Positions 40,011-48,391 of a DNA stretch of 64,000 bases are shown here, one piece after another; within the stretch, counting starts at the first letter, position 1; each line of letters opens with the position of its first letter. The notes under the pieces are model-generated. The model made no database searches. It saw only the letters and a program-made list of their open reading frames with translations, and had not been told where the DNA came from. The position numbers were made by a program, and so were the translations under genes. The stretch is from NCBI GenBank assembly GCA_963835575.1, contig CAWIGG010000006.1, positions 32,001 through 96,000 of the forward strand, written 5' to 3'. The DNA is from an uncultured Spirochaetota bacterium. Its GTDB lineage: Bacteria; Spirochaetota; Brevinematia; Brevinematales; JAOACQ01.

Positions 40011-41406
40011 GAGTTATAATAGAAAGTTGTGTATAGGAATAAATATTATAAAAAAGATGGCGTACCCTCTATAATTTATTTACGACAATAAACAAAAGGA
40101 GGAATACGCCATATGCCGAAGCACAACGAAGATTTTAAGCTCTTACAGGCTTTTAATCAAGATGAAACAGTAGAATTTTTATGTCTTGAAGAATTGGCAA
40201 GGATCGGGGCCAGGGAAATAATCAAGAAGGCTCTGGAAGATGAAATTAATGGGTTTCTTCAGGAGAGAGAGCATTTAACTATCGAAGACGGGAGAAAGGC
40301 AATAGTAAGAAATGGGTATCATAAAGCCCGTCAGATTCTCATTGGTGGAGGGGCTATTGATGTATGTATTCCGAGAACAAGGAACCGACTCGGAGGCGAC
40401 AATTTTCAAAGCCTAATAGTACCGCCGTATATGAGAAAAAGCCTGAGAATTGAGGAAGCCATTCCATTGTTGTATCTCTATGGAGTCTCAGAGATGGATA
40501 TGGAGAATGCCTTGAGAGGATTGCTTGGTGAAGAAGCGAAAGGATTATCAGCCTCAAGTATAAGCAGAATGAAACAAGGATGGGGTAAAGAATATGATGA
40601 GTGGCGGACATCCGATTTAAGCGATAAAAAGTATTGCTATATATGGGTTGACGGCATTTACTTCAATGTACAGGGCAGCGAAGACCGTTTATGCACTCTT
40701 GTAATGATCGGAGCCAATGAGAATGGTGAAAAGGAGATTATTCTTGTTGAAGAAGGTTACAGAGAGAATTCCGAGACTTGGTTAGGGATATTAAGAAACC
40801 TAAAAGAAAAAGGTTTGAAAGGTCCTATTCTTTTTATCGGAGACGGAAGCCTTGGATTCTGGAAAGCAGCCAAAGAAGTATATCCTGAATCCAGATGGCA
40901 GAGATGCTGGGTTCATAAGATAAAGAACATTCTAAACAAGCTGCCCAAAGTATTACAGTCAAAGGCAAAAGAGATGCTTCATGAGATATGCAATGCTCCT
41001 GATAAGGATAATGCTATCAAAGCTTTTGAATTATTCCAGGCGGTTTTTAATCCTAAATATCCAGCAGCTGTCGAATGTTTAGAAAAGGATTGGGAGCTTA
41101 TGATCGAATTTTATAACTGTCCGGCGGAACATTGGGTACATATCCGTACGACAAACGTAATAGAATCTACCTTCTCTACAGTTCGATTAAGAACTAAAAA
41201 GATGAGAGGCTGCGGAACCAGGGAAACGATTCTAATAATGGTCTATAAATTACTGGATAAGGCATCCAGGCGATGGAGAAAATTAAGAGGTTATGAAAAG
41301 ATTAGCCTTGTATTGGAAGGCGCTGTTTTTGAGAACGGAGAGCTTGTAAAAAAGGCAGCATAAAAAAATGAGAGGGTATGTCATACACAACATTTGACAA
41401 AAACTC
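40011..41406 (+). mobile_element. IS256-family insertion sequence, copy 2 (1396 bp) with 9-bp TSD
   Basis: TSD GTTCTTATA at 40002-40010 and 41407-41415; same ends as copy 1. Confidence 0.96.
40113..41363 (+). CDS. IS256-family transposase, same protein sequence as 25014..26264
   Basis: Identical 416-aa translation. Confidence 0.97.
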   Translation: MPKHNEDFKLLQAFNQDETVEFLCLEELARIGAREIIKKALEDEINGFLQEREHLTIEDGRKAIVRNGYHKARQILIGGGAIDVCIPRTRNRLGGDNFQSLIVPPYMRKSLRIEEAIPLLYLYGVSEMDMENALRGLLGEEAKGLSASSISRMKQGWGKEYDEWRTSDLSDKKYCYIWVDGIYFNVQGSEDRLCTLVMIGANENGEKEIILVEEGYRENSETWLGILRNLKEKGLKGPILFIGDGSLGFWKAAKEVYPESRWQRCWVHKIKNILNKLPKVLQSKAKEMLHEICNAPDKDNAIKAFELFQAVFNPKYPAAVECLEKDWELMIEFYNCPAEHWVHIRTTNVIESTFSTVRLRTKKMRGCGTRETILIMVYKLLDKASRRWRKLRGYEKISLVLEGAVFENGELVKKAA

Positions 41407-41877
41407 GTTCTTATATGCTGTTTCGTGTTAATTTTCAGTTCTACGGGTATCTGCCAGGATAAAAATCCGGATAAAACTTCTTATCAGAAATTGATTAAAG
41501 GCAGTGTGTTTCTCAAGGAGAATGCGACTAATATGATGCACCCTTCTGATACTTTTGTAATTGATCTGGAGACGAATCCTACCACAGGATATGACTGGTA
41601 CTATAAGCTCTCCGGTACGAACAGCGTCCTTTTAATAAAAGAAACTGTTTGCCAGACGGCCGGGAAGAAATTGACAGGATCTCCTTCCAGGAAGGCATGG
41701 AAATTCCGGTGCGTTAAAAAAGGGATGGTCACCGTTAATTTAAAATATTACCGTTCCTGGGAAGGCGAGGCTAAAGCTGTCAATACTAAAAAATATTATA
41801 TAATAATTAAATAAGTTATATTTGATTTTCAGGCGGGAATGTTATAATCTATTTTAAGAAGTTTAAAAGAGGTTTTT

Positions 41878-42549
41878 ATGAAAGTAAGTATTTTATTCTT
41901 TATTATGTTTTTAATGACAGGGGCGGCCCTGGCGGACACTAATACTTATGAAGCCTATTTTAGTAAAATAACCGCGGCCGATGCCGAGGTACTGCTCCAG
42001 GCGATGTCGGTCAATGACCTGGACATGGTCTACGGGAGCATAAAAAGGATCGGCGAGCTGAAATTGACCAATACCAGGAAGCAGATATACGAATGGCTTT
42101 CCCAGTCGAATCCGATAGCAAACCAGGGTAAGGAAGAGCGGTCTCAGCAGCTCCGCAGTATATTCCGGATTTCCATCTGGACGATCAGCCGGATCGGCGA
42201 CGAGAGGGACGCTCAGGAGCTTATATCATATATTAAAGATATCAAGGACCGTGATAAGGACTCTCTGAGGGTCCTCATTATAGCTGCTCTGGGTGAAATC
42301 AGGCCTTCAACAGCGGCTGTCAGCGCTTTGAACAGGCTTGTGGAAACCACTATCGATGAACCGATAGCAATGGACCTGCTGAATTCCATCATGAAGCATA
42401 ATAAAAAAGTCTCGGCCAATTACCTGATCATGATGTCCAAAAGGAAATATTTCAGTCCTTCTTTTGTTAAAATGATCGAGGATTCCGCGAATCTGCTCCT
42501 GACCCAGGGAGAGGCAATGCCGTTGGAGACAAAATCGACAAATAACTGA
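41878..42549 (+). CDS. Exported HEAT-repeat-like protein
   Basis: Signal peptide; helical repeats (SIKRIGE, SIWTISRIGD, IAALGEI). Confidence 0.6.
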   Translation: MKVSILFFIMFLMTGAALADTNTYEAYFSKITAADAEVLLQAMSVNDLDMVYGSIKRIGELKLTNTRKQIYEWLSQSNPIANQGKEERSQQLRSIFRISIWTISRIGDERDAQELISYIKDIKDRDKDSLRVLIIAALGEIRPSTAAVSALNRLVETTIDEPIAMDLLNSIMKHNKKVSANYLIMMSKRKYFSPSFVKMIEDSANLLLTQGEAMPLETKSTNN

Positions 42550-42638
42550 GAATATACAAAACCGGCCTATCAGGGACTTTGTCATTCACATCTCTATTCA
42601 AGGATTACAGATCAGTAAAGATATTCAATGCAAAGTCT

Positions 42639-42782
42639 GTCATTGCGAGCACTCGGCTATATACTTCGCCAAAGATTTAAATGCGAAGCAATCTGTCTGC
42701 AGATAAAGATAACTTAATGAATTGACAGATTGCTTCGCGCGATAGTAATCATCGAAGGATAGAACGGGCCGCTCGCAATGAC
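42639..42782. repeat. REP-like palindrome family E (GTCATTGCGAG...CTCGCAATGAC)
   Basis: Outer IR GTCATTGCGAGC / GCTCGCAATGAC and inner IR GCGAAGCAATCTGTC / GACAGATTGCTTCGC. Confidence 0.85.
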
Positions 42783-42899
42783 GGCTTAATAAATCCATTT
42801 TCTCTTCTTCTTCCTTTTTCATGTTAAAACAATCAAAAATTGAATAAAAGAGAACAGCTATTTAAAATAATAGGTTATTAATAACAGAGGGGGAGGAGT

Positions 42900-44171
42900 A
42901 TGGATAAAAACTGGCAGCTTTTAAAACAGAACGACCCGGAAGTTTTCAACGCCGTCCTGGGCGAGGAAGAGCGCGAGAGGAAGGGGATTGAGCTCATTCC
43001 TTCGGAAAATTATACATACCCGGAAGTTTTCGCCGCGAACGGCAGTATTTTCACGAATAAATATTCGGAAGGCTACCCGGGCAGAAGATATTACGGCGGG
43101 CAGGAATATACCGATTTTATTGAAAGGCTGGCGATAGAACGCGCCAAAAAAGTCTTCCGGTGCGAGCATGCCAATGTGCAGGCGCTTTCCGGTTCGCCTA
43201 TGAACCAGGCGGTTTATCTGGCTTTCCTGAAACCCGGCGATACCGTTCTGGGGATGGACCTATCCCATGGCGGGCATCTGACGCATGGAGCGCCTGTTTC
43301 CCATATAGGGCGGATCTTCAATTTTGTCCGATATAAAACGGACCCGGATGATAAAGGCAGGATCGATTTTGAGGCGCTGATGAAAACCGCTAAGGAAACA
43401 AAGCCCAAGATCGTTCTGTGCGGCTATACTTCTTATCCCAGGGATTATAATTATGAGGATTTTAAAAGGGTCGCGGACGAGGTCGGCGCCATTACCATGG
43501 CGGACGTGGCGCATATCGGCGGGCTCATCGCCGGGGGAGTGATGAAAAACCCCTTTGATTACGGCTTTGATATCGTGACGACGACAACCCATAAAAGCCT
43601 GAGAGGGCCGAGAGGGGCACTCATCATGTGCAGGGAAAAATACGCTCCGCAGATCGATAAGTCGGTATTTCCCGGCCTTCAGGGCGGGCCCCATATGCAT
43701 ACGATAGCCGCCATAGCTGTCACGCTGGGCAAAGCCCTTCAGCCCGAGTTCAAAGAGTATGCCGTTCAGATACTCAAGAACGCGAAGGCGCTTTCTGAGA
43801 CTTTGATGATAAACAGCGTAAAGCTGATCACAGACGGCACGGATAACCATATGATGGTGGCGGACACTGTCAAAAGCTTCGGTATAGACGGGAAGCTTTC
43901 AGAACAGGTCCTGGACAGAGTTTCAATAACCACAAACAAGCAGATCATCCCGGATGATCCCAATCCGCCTTTAAGGCCGAGCGGCATCCGCCTGGGCACA
44001 CCGGCCGCCACAACGCGCGGCATGAAGGAAGCCGAGATGAAGAAAATAGGGGAATGGATAGCGAGGGCCCTCAAAAACCATCAGGACGAGAAAGCCCTTG
44101 AAGCGATAAAAAAAGAAGTGGAAAAACTCTGCGTGAAATTTCCCGTTCCGGGTCTGGTACTGGCAGGATAA
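42900..44171 (+). CDS. glyA: Serine hydroxymethyltransferase
   Basis: LIPSEN, YSEGYPGRRYYGG, GGHLTHG, TTTHKSLRGPRG, GIRLGTPA. Confidence 0.97.
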   Translation: MDKNWQLLKQNDPEVFNAVLGEEERERKGIELIPSENYTYPEVFAANGSIFTNKYSEGYPGRRYYGGQEYTDFIERLAIERAKKVFRCEHANVQALSGSPMNQAVYLAFLKPGDTVLGMDLSHGGHLTHGAPVSHIGRIFNFVRYKTDPDDKGRIDFEALMKTAKETKPKIVLCGYTSYPRDYNYEDFKRVADEVGAITMADVAHIGGLIAGGVMKNPFDYGFDIVTTTTHKSLRGPRGALIMCREKYAPQIDKSVFPGLQGGPHMHTIAAIAVTLGKALQPEFKEYAVQILKNAKALSETLMINSVKLITDGTDNHMMVADTVKSFGIDGKLSEQVLDRVSITTNKQIIPDDPNPPLRPSGIRLGTPAATTRGMKEAEMKKIGEWIARALKNHQDEKALEAIKKEVEKLCVKFPVPGLVLAG

Positions 44172-44188
44172 TTTGTAAATTTTAAATT

Positions 44189-44330
44189 GCCACAGAATTT
44201 CACGGAATAAACACAGAAATATTTTATATTATTCCCTAAGTTAAAGGTTTGGGCATTAGGGTGATTAATCAATAAGAAATAATCCTCAACAAGATATTTT
44301 AATCCGTGAATTTCTGTGTAATTCTGTGGC
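44189..44330. repeat. GxxExxY-associated-type inverted-arm element with no intact gene
   Basis: GCCACAGAATTTCACGGAATAAACACAGAAAT ... ATCCGTGAATTTCTGTGTAATTCTGTGGC. Confidence 0.8.
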
Positions 44331-44350
44331 TGAAAATTGTTGGAGGTAAT

Positions 44351-45532
44351 ATGGAATCGATTTTCGCGGACCGCGTCAGCGATGTGCCCCGTTCTTTCAT
44401 CAGGGAAATACTCAAGGTCACTGTGGACCCGGAGACGATATCCTTCGCCGGCGGGCTTCCCAGCCGCGACTTTTTTCCGATCAATGAAATAAAAGCAGCC
44501 TGCGATAAAGTGCTGGATACGGCCGGAAAGGAAGTGCTGCAGTACAGCACATCGGAAGGGCACCTGCCGCTCAGGCAGTTTATCGCCGGACGATATTTTA
44601 AAACAAAAGGGCTTAAAATAGACCCGGACGAGGTCCTCATTACGAACGGCTCCCAGCAGGGGCTTGACCTGCTCGGCAAGACTTTTTTAAATGAATGCGA
44701 CAGCGTCATCATAGAAAAGCCGGGCTATCTGGGCGCCATTCAGGCATTTTCAATTTACAGGGCAAATTTTCACCCGGTACCGCTTTATGAAGACGGCCCT
44801 GATGTAGAAGCGATCAAAGATATTCTGAGGAAAAACTGCGTCAAGCTGTTTTACGCCGTTCCCAATTTCCAGAACCCTACCGGTATCAGCTATTCGGAAG
44901 AGAAAAGAAAAGCCGTCGCGGAAGCGATGAAGGATTACCCGGCTCTTTTTATCGAGGACGACCCGTACGGCGAGCTCCGCTTTATGGGGAAGGCTATGTC
45001 TTCGATCAAGACATACCTGCCTGAAAACACGGTCCTTCTCGGCTCTTTTTCAAAAATAGTCGTTCCTTCATTCAGGCTCGGCTGGCTCTGCGCCCGGAAA
45101 GACCTGATGGACAGGATTATCGTGGCCAAACAGGCTTCCGATCTGCATACCGATTATTTCGCCCAGCGGATCGTCTATCAATATTTAATCGATAACGATA
45201 TAGACGCCCATATCAGTGAAATAAGGGTTGCTTATAAAAAGCAGCGCGACGCCATGGTGAGAGCGATAAAGGAAAAGCTGCCGGCCGGGATCCGCTGTAC
45301 GGAGCCGGAAGGCGGCATGTTCCTCTGGATGACGCTGCCCGAAGGAGTTTCATCGCTCAAGCTTTTCGATTACGCCATTGAGGAAAAGGTCGCTTTTGTC
45401 CCAGGCAATCCCTTTTACGCGAAAGAAGCGGAAGAAAATACGCTCCGCCTCAACTTTACCAATGCGGATGAAAAGACCATCGATGAAGGGATCGGACGCC
45501 TCGCGCGGGCGATGAAGAAAATGGGGATGTAG
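44351..45532 (+). CDS. PLP-dependent class I aminotransferase (LysN/MocR-like, no HTH)
   Basis: ISFAGGLP, GSQQGLDL, FQNPTG, EDDPYGEL, GSFSK, GGMFLW. Confidence 0.92.
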   Translation: MESIFADRVSDVPRSFIREILKVTVDPETISFAGGLPSRDFFPINEIKAACDKVLDTAGKEVLQYSTSEGHLPLRQFIAGRYFKTKGLKIDPDEVLITNGSQQGLDLLGKTFLNECDSVIIEKPGYLGAIQAFSIYRANFHPVPLYEDGPDVEAIKDILRKNCVKLFYAVPNFQNPTGISYSEEKRKAVAEAMKDYPALFIEDDPYGELRFMGKAMSSIKTYLPENTVLLGSFSKIVVPSFRLGWLCARKDLMDRIIVAKQASDLHTDYFAQRIVYQYLIDNDIDAHISEIRVAYKKQRDAMVRAIKEKLPAGIRCTEPEGGMFLWMTLPEGVSSLKLFDYAIEEKVAFVPGNPFYAKEAEENTLRLNFTNADEKTIDEGIGRLARAMKKMGM

Positions 45533-45713
45533 GTGAGGCAATTAGGGTCAGTAAAACAAATGCCGTTTATGAAACCAATATATGTTAATACAATTAAGAT
45601 TTTCTATATTCTCTCGTCATACCCGGTTGTGATAATAATCGATCTGCTATATAATAAATGTGATTTTTTAAATTATAGGAGGAAATAGTAAGCAATTCAA
45701 ACAATGGGGCTTA

Positions 45714-46598
45714 TTGCCGGCTTTTATAATAATTGTTCTTATAGCCGCCTGTTCAACCCAGCCTAATGCCGGGGGCGGCGGAAGCGGCGGCGGTTCAACA
45801 TCATCATCAGTCAACAGCAGTACCGGTGGATCTTCGTCCGCCAGCAGCATAATTGGAGCGCAGTGGGAATGCGCCGTCAATTCAGCGTCTTTTAGAGGAA
45901 GACGCTGGCATACCAGTCTTGTATTTAATAATAAAATCTGGGTTATCGGCGGGCAGAATCCCAGTTATATTGAGACCAATGATGTGTGGTTCTCATCCGA
46001 CGGGACCAACTGGACCTGCGCGACCAATAATGCCGCATTCGGCGACAGGCGGGATTTTACCTGCCTGGTTTATAATAACTCTATCTGGCTTGTGGGCGGG
46101 GTCAGCAGTTCAGGCATTTGCCAAGGTGATTCCTGGTTTACTTCCGATGGGACCAACTGGAATAAGGCTGCCGATTCGGCGGGGTACGATTATCATAACA
46201 GCCATACCATGCTTGGATTCAACGGCAATATGTGGATAATCGCCGGTTCTAACCCTACCGGCGCGCCGGGTTGGACCAATGATGTGTTTTATTCCCCGAA
46301 CGGGACCGGCTGGAACCGCGCGACATATCATGCGGATTTCCATGCCCGCCAGTATCATACGAGCGTGGTTTTTGACAACAAAATGTGGGTCATCGCGGGG
46401 GATTTTGACGGAGGTGCCACAATAACCAATGATGTGTGGTATTCTGCCAACGGCACTAACTGGACGATTGCAACTAACGGCGCCGCTTTTTCAACGAGAT
46501 ATGCCTGTACCAGTGTTGTTTTCAAAAACACGATGTGGGTTATCGGAGGCTATAATTTGAGTGATGGACATTTAAACGATGTCTGGTACGCGAAGTAA
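45714..46598 (+). CDS. Lipoprotein with Gly/Ser tether and Kelch-like repeats; start uncertain
   Basis: IAAC lipobox; repeats VF..KMWVIGG...NDVWYS.DG.NW. Confidence 0.75.
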   Translation: MPAFIIIVLIAACSTQPNAGGGGSGGGSTSSSVNSSTGGSSSASSIIGAQWECAVNSASFRGRRWHTSLVFNNKIWVIGGQNPSYIETNDVWFSSDGTNWTCATNNAAFGDRRDFTCLVYNNSIWLVGGVSSSGICQGDSWFTSDGTNWNKAADSAGYDYHNSHTMLGFNGNMWIIAGSNPTGAPGWTNDVFYSPNGTGWNRATYHADFHARQYHTSVVFDNKMWVIAGDFDGGATITNDVWYSANGTNWTIATNGAAFSTRYACTSVVFKNTMWVIGGYNLSDGHLNDVWYAK

Positions 46599-46617
46599 AA
46601 AAAGTCATTGTATAACG

Positions 46618-46647
46618 GCCCCGGAAAATGTTCCGGGGCTTTTTTTT
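46618..46647 (+). terminator. Intrinsic terminator
   Basis: GCCCCGGAA-AATG-TTCCGGGGC followed by T8. Confidence 0.8.
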
Positions 46648-46722
46648 GCTTATAAAGCTTGAGCGCCCCGGCAATAGCGATGATGAAAATGGGAAGTAAA
46701 AATTATTAACTTAATAAGTCTT

Positions 46723-47291
46723 CCGCGAAGCCACGCTAAGGATTCTCTTTTCTAATTCAACCATTCATTACTCTTCGCGTCTATTCGCGTGCATTAGCGG
46801 ATTACCCGGTTCTTCAGTCTTCCGCGAAGCCACGCGAATACACGCTAATTCTAATTTTTAGTACTGGCAAATCTTTTCCATTCCAGTTTATTTTTCGAAC
46901 CAAAATTTATTATAAGTCCCAGAGTTAAACCCGTGGCTTTTAAGTAATTTAATAGCTGTGCTTCATCTTTGGAAGTGATCTTTTCTTCAACTTTCAGTTC
47001 AATAATTATTTTATTAAAGCATATTAAATCGGCAATATATTCTTTTTGAAGAACTCTCTCTTTATAATTAATACTTAAACGTTTTTGAGATTCATATGGA
47101 ATATGCCGCATTTTTAATTCAATTTCAAGAGCTTCTTGATAAACCGCCTCTAAAAACCCAATTCCCAGTTCATTCTGAACTTCAATGGCACAACCTATAA
47201 TTTTGAAAACTTCATCTTTAAAAATTAAATCAACCGGCATACAAAAATCCTGTTTTTAATTCATTTTATTTTAATTCGCGTGCCTTAGCGG
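46723..47291. repeat. Tandem inverted-arm units: empty unit 46723-46800 and GxxExxY-bearing unit 46822-47291
   Basis: Left arms CCGCGAAGCCACGC(T/G)AA, right arms ATTCGCGTGC(A/C)TTAGCGG; both units preceded by AGTCTT. Confidence 0.85.
46851..47240 (-). CDS. GxxExxY family protein (PD-(D/E)XK-like nuclease fold)
   Basis: IIGCAIEV..ELGIGFLEAVYQ, ADL, IIELK, AQLLNYLKATG...GLIINFG. Confidence 0.93.
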   Translation of the reverse strand: MPVDLIFKDEVFKIIGCAIEVQNELGIGFLEAVYQEALEIELKMRHIPYESQKRLSINYKERVLQKEYIADLICFNKIIIELKVEEKITSKDEAQLLNYLKATGLTLGLIINFGSKNKLEWKRFASTKN

Positions 47292-47307
47292 ACTATCCGA
47301 TTCCTAA

Positions 47308-48165
47308 TTATTTCCTTATCAGAGCTACAATAATCACCAGTGCCGCTAAAAACCATCTGTAATATGCGAAGACGCCTGTGGAGTTCTTCTGCAGAAACCT
47401 CAGAAGGAATTTGATGCAGAAAAAGCCGGTGACCGCCGCGGTCAAAGAACCGGCGATAAAGAACGCCAAGTCATTATGCATAAAATCGGACAGTTTTATG
47501 GTCTTATGAAGATCGTACAGGCCCTTCAGCCCGGCGCCCGCGATGATCGGCGCGGAAAGTAGGAATGAAAAGCGCGCGGCGGACTCGCGCGTGAGGCCCA
47601 GGGCCATTCCGGCGGTGATGGTGCTTCCCGACCGCGACACCCCGGGAAATATCGCCAGCGCCTGCGCGAGGCCGATCAGGGACGCGTCTTTAGCCGTCAT
47701 CTCTTCCATCCGGCGGGTGTGCTTGATCAGTCTGTCGGCCGCGAAAAGAAGCCCGCCCATCAGGGCTATGATGATCCCCATCGCGATCATCGCGGAGGGA
47801 TTGATGGGGGTTGTATGAAAGAGCTTATCAATTTTGCTTTCAAAAAATACCCCGGCCAGACCTCCCGGTATACAGCCGATGATCAAAAACCAGACAAGAC
47901 GCCGGTCGAATATGCCTTTTATTTTGCGTTCGGCAATGCTCTGCACGCCGGCTTTGATCAGCCGCGCCCAATCCGGGGCGAAGAAGACGATCAACGCGAG
48001 AAGCGTCCCCATATGAAGGGCGATGTCGAAAGAAAGGCCCGTCAGGACCGGGTCATTCCAGCCGAAAAGCCAGCGTATGATGACCAGATGTGCCGAGCTG
48101 GAGATGGGGATAAATTCCGTCAAGCCCTGAACTATGCCGAGGATGACCGCCTGTAAAAAAGTCAT
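47308..48165 (-). CDS. uppP: Undecaprenyl-diphosphate phosphatase (BacA)
   Basis: QGLTEFIPISSSAH, PGVSRSGST, ARFSFLL. Confidence 0.95.
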   Translation of the reverse strand: MTFLQAVILGIVQGLTEFIPISSSAHLVIIRWLFGWNDPVLTGLSFDIALHMGTLLALIVFFAPDWARLIKAGVQSIAERKIKGIFDRRLVWFLIIGCIPGGLAGVFFESKIDKLFHTTPINPSAMIAMGIIIALMGGLLFAADRLIKHTRRMEEMTAKDASLIGLAQALAIFPGVSRSGSTITAGMALGLTRESAARFSFLLSAPIIAGAGLKGLYDLHKTIKLSDFMHNDLAFFIAGSLTAAVTGFFCIKFLLRFLQKNSTGVFAYYRWFLAALVIIVALIRK

Positions 48166-48295
48166 GTTAAACTCCCTGATTTTTTTTTAAGGTGATATTA
48201 TATTGTGTTTCTGATTAAAAATCAAAACATCCCGGTCTATTGCTTTTATTGTGGATTTTTTTGCCCTAAACTAAAATATGCCCGGATTGATTTAT

Positions 48296-48354
48296 GGGCA
48301 GTTCCAAAAACTAAAAATTTATCAGATATTTCCACAATAAGTTTTGGAACTGCC
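48296..48354. repeat. Palindromic repeat family C, copy 2
   Basis: GGGCAGTTCCAAAAACT...ATCAGATATTTCCA...GTTTTGGAACTGCC homologous to 11701-11760. Confidence 0.85.
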
Positions 48355-48391
48355 ACTATATAAAAGAGAAATAGCAATCCGGATAAATGAT

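Larger units (their letters stand above)
39984..41814 (+). pseudogene. Chagasin/I42-family cysteine protease inhibitor gene interrupted by IS256
   Basis: Removing the IS and one TSD restores MFIRNMVLICCFVLIFSS...; NPTTGYDW and Y.RSWE motifs of I42. Confidence 0.85.

Noticed and set aside
41394..41425. Hybrid promoter from the outward TTGACA in the IS256 end
   Set aside because: No acceptable -10 hexamer at 16-18 nt spacing at either insertion site.
42550..42899. ZTP or glycine riboswitch upstream of glyA, and ORF 42640..42822
   Set aside because: Riboswitch consensus motifs not found; the ORF is a translation of the palindromic repeat.
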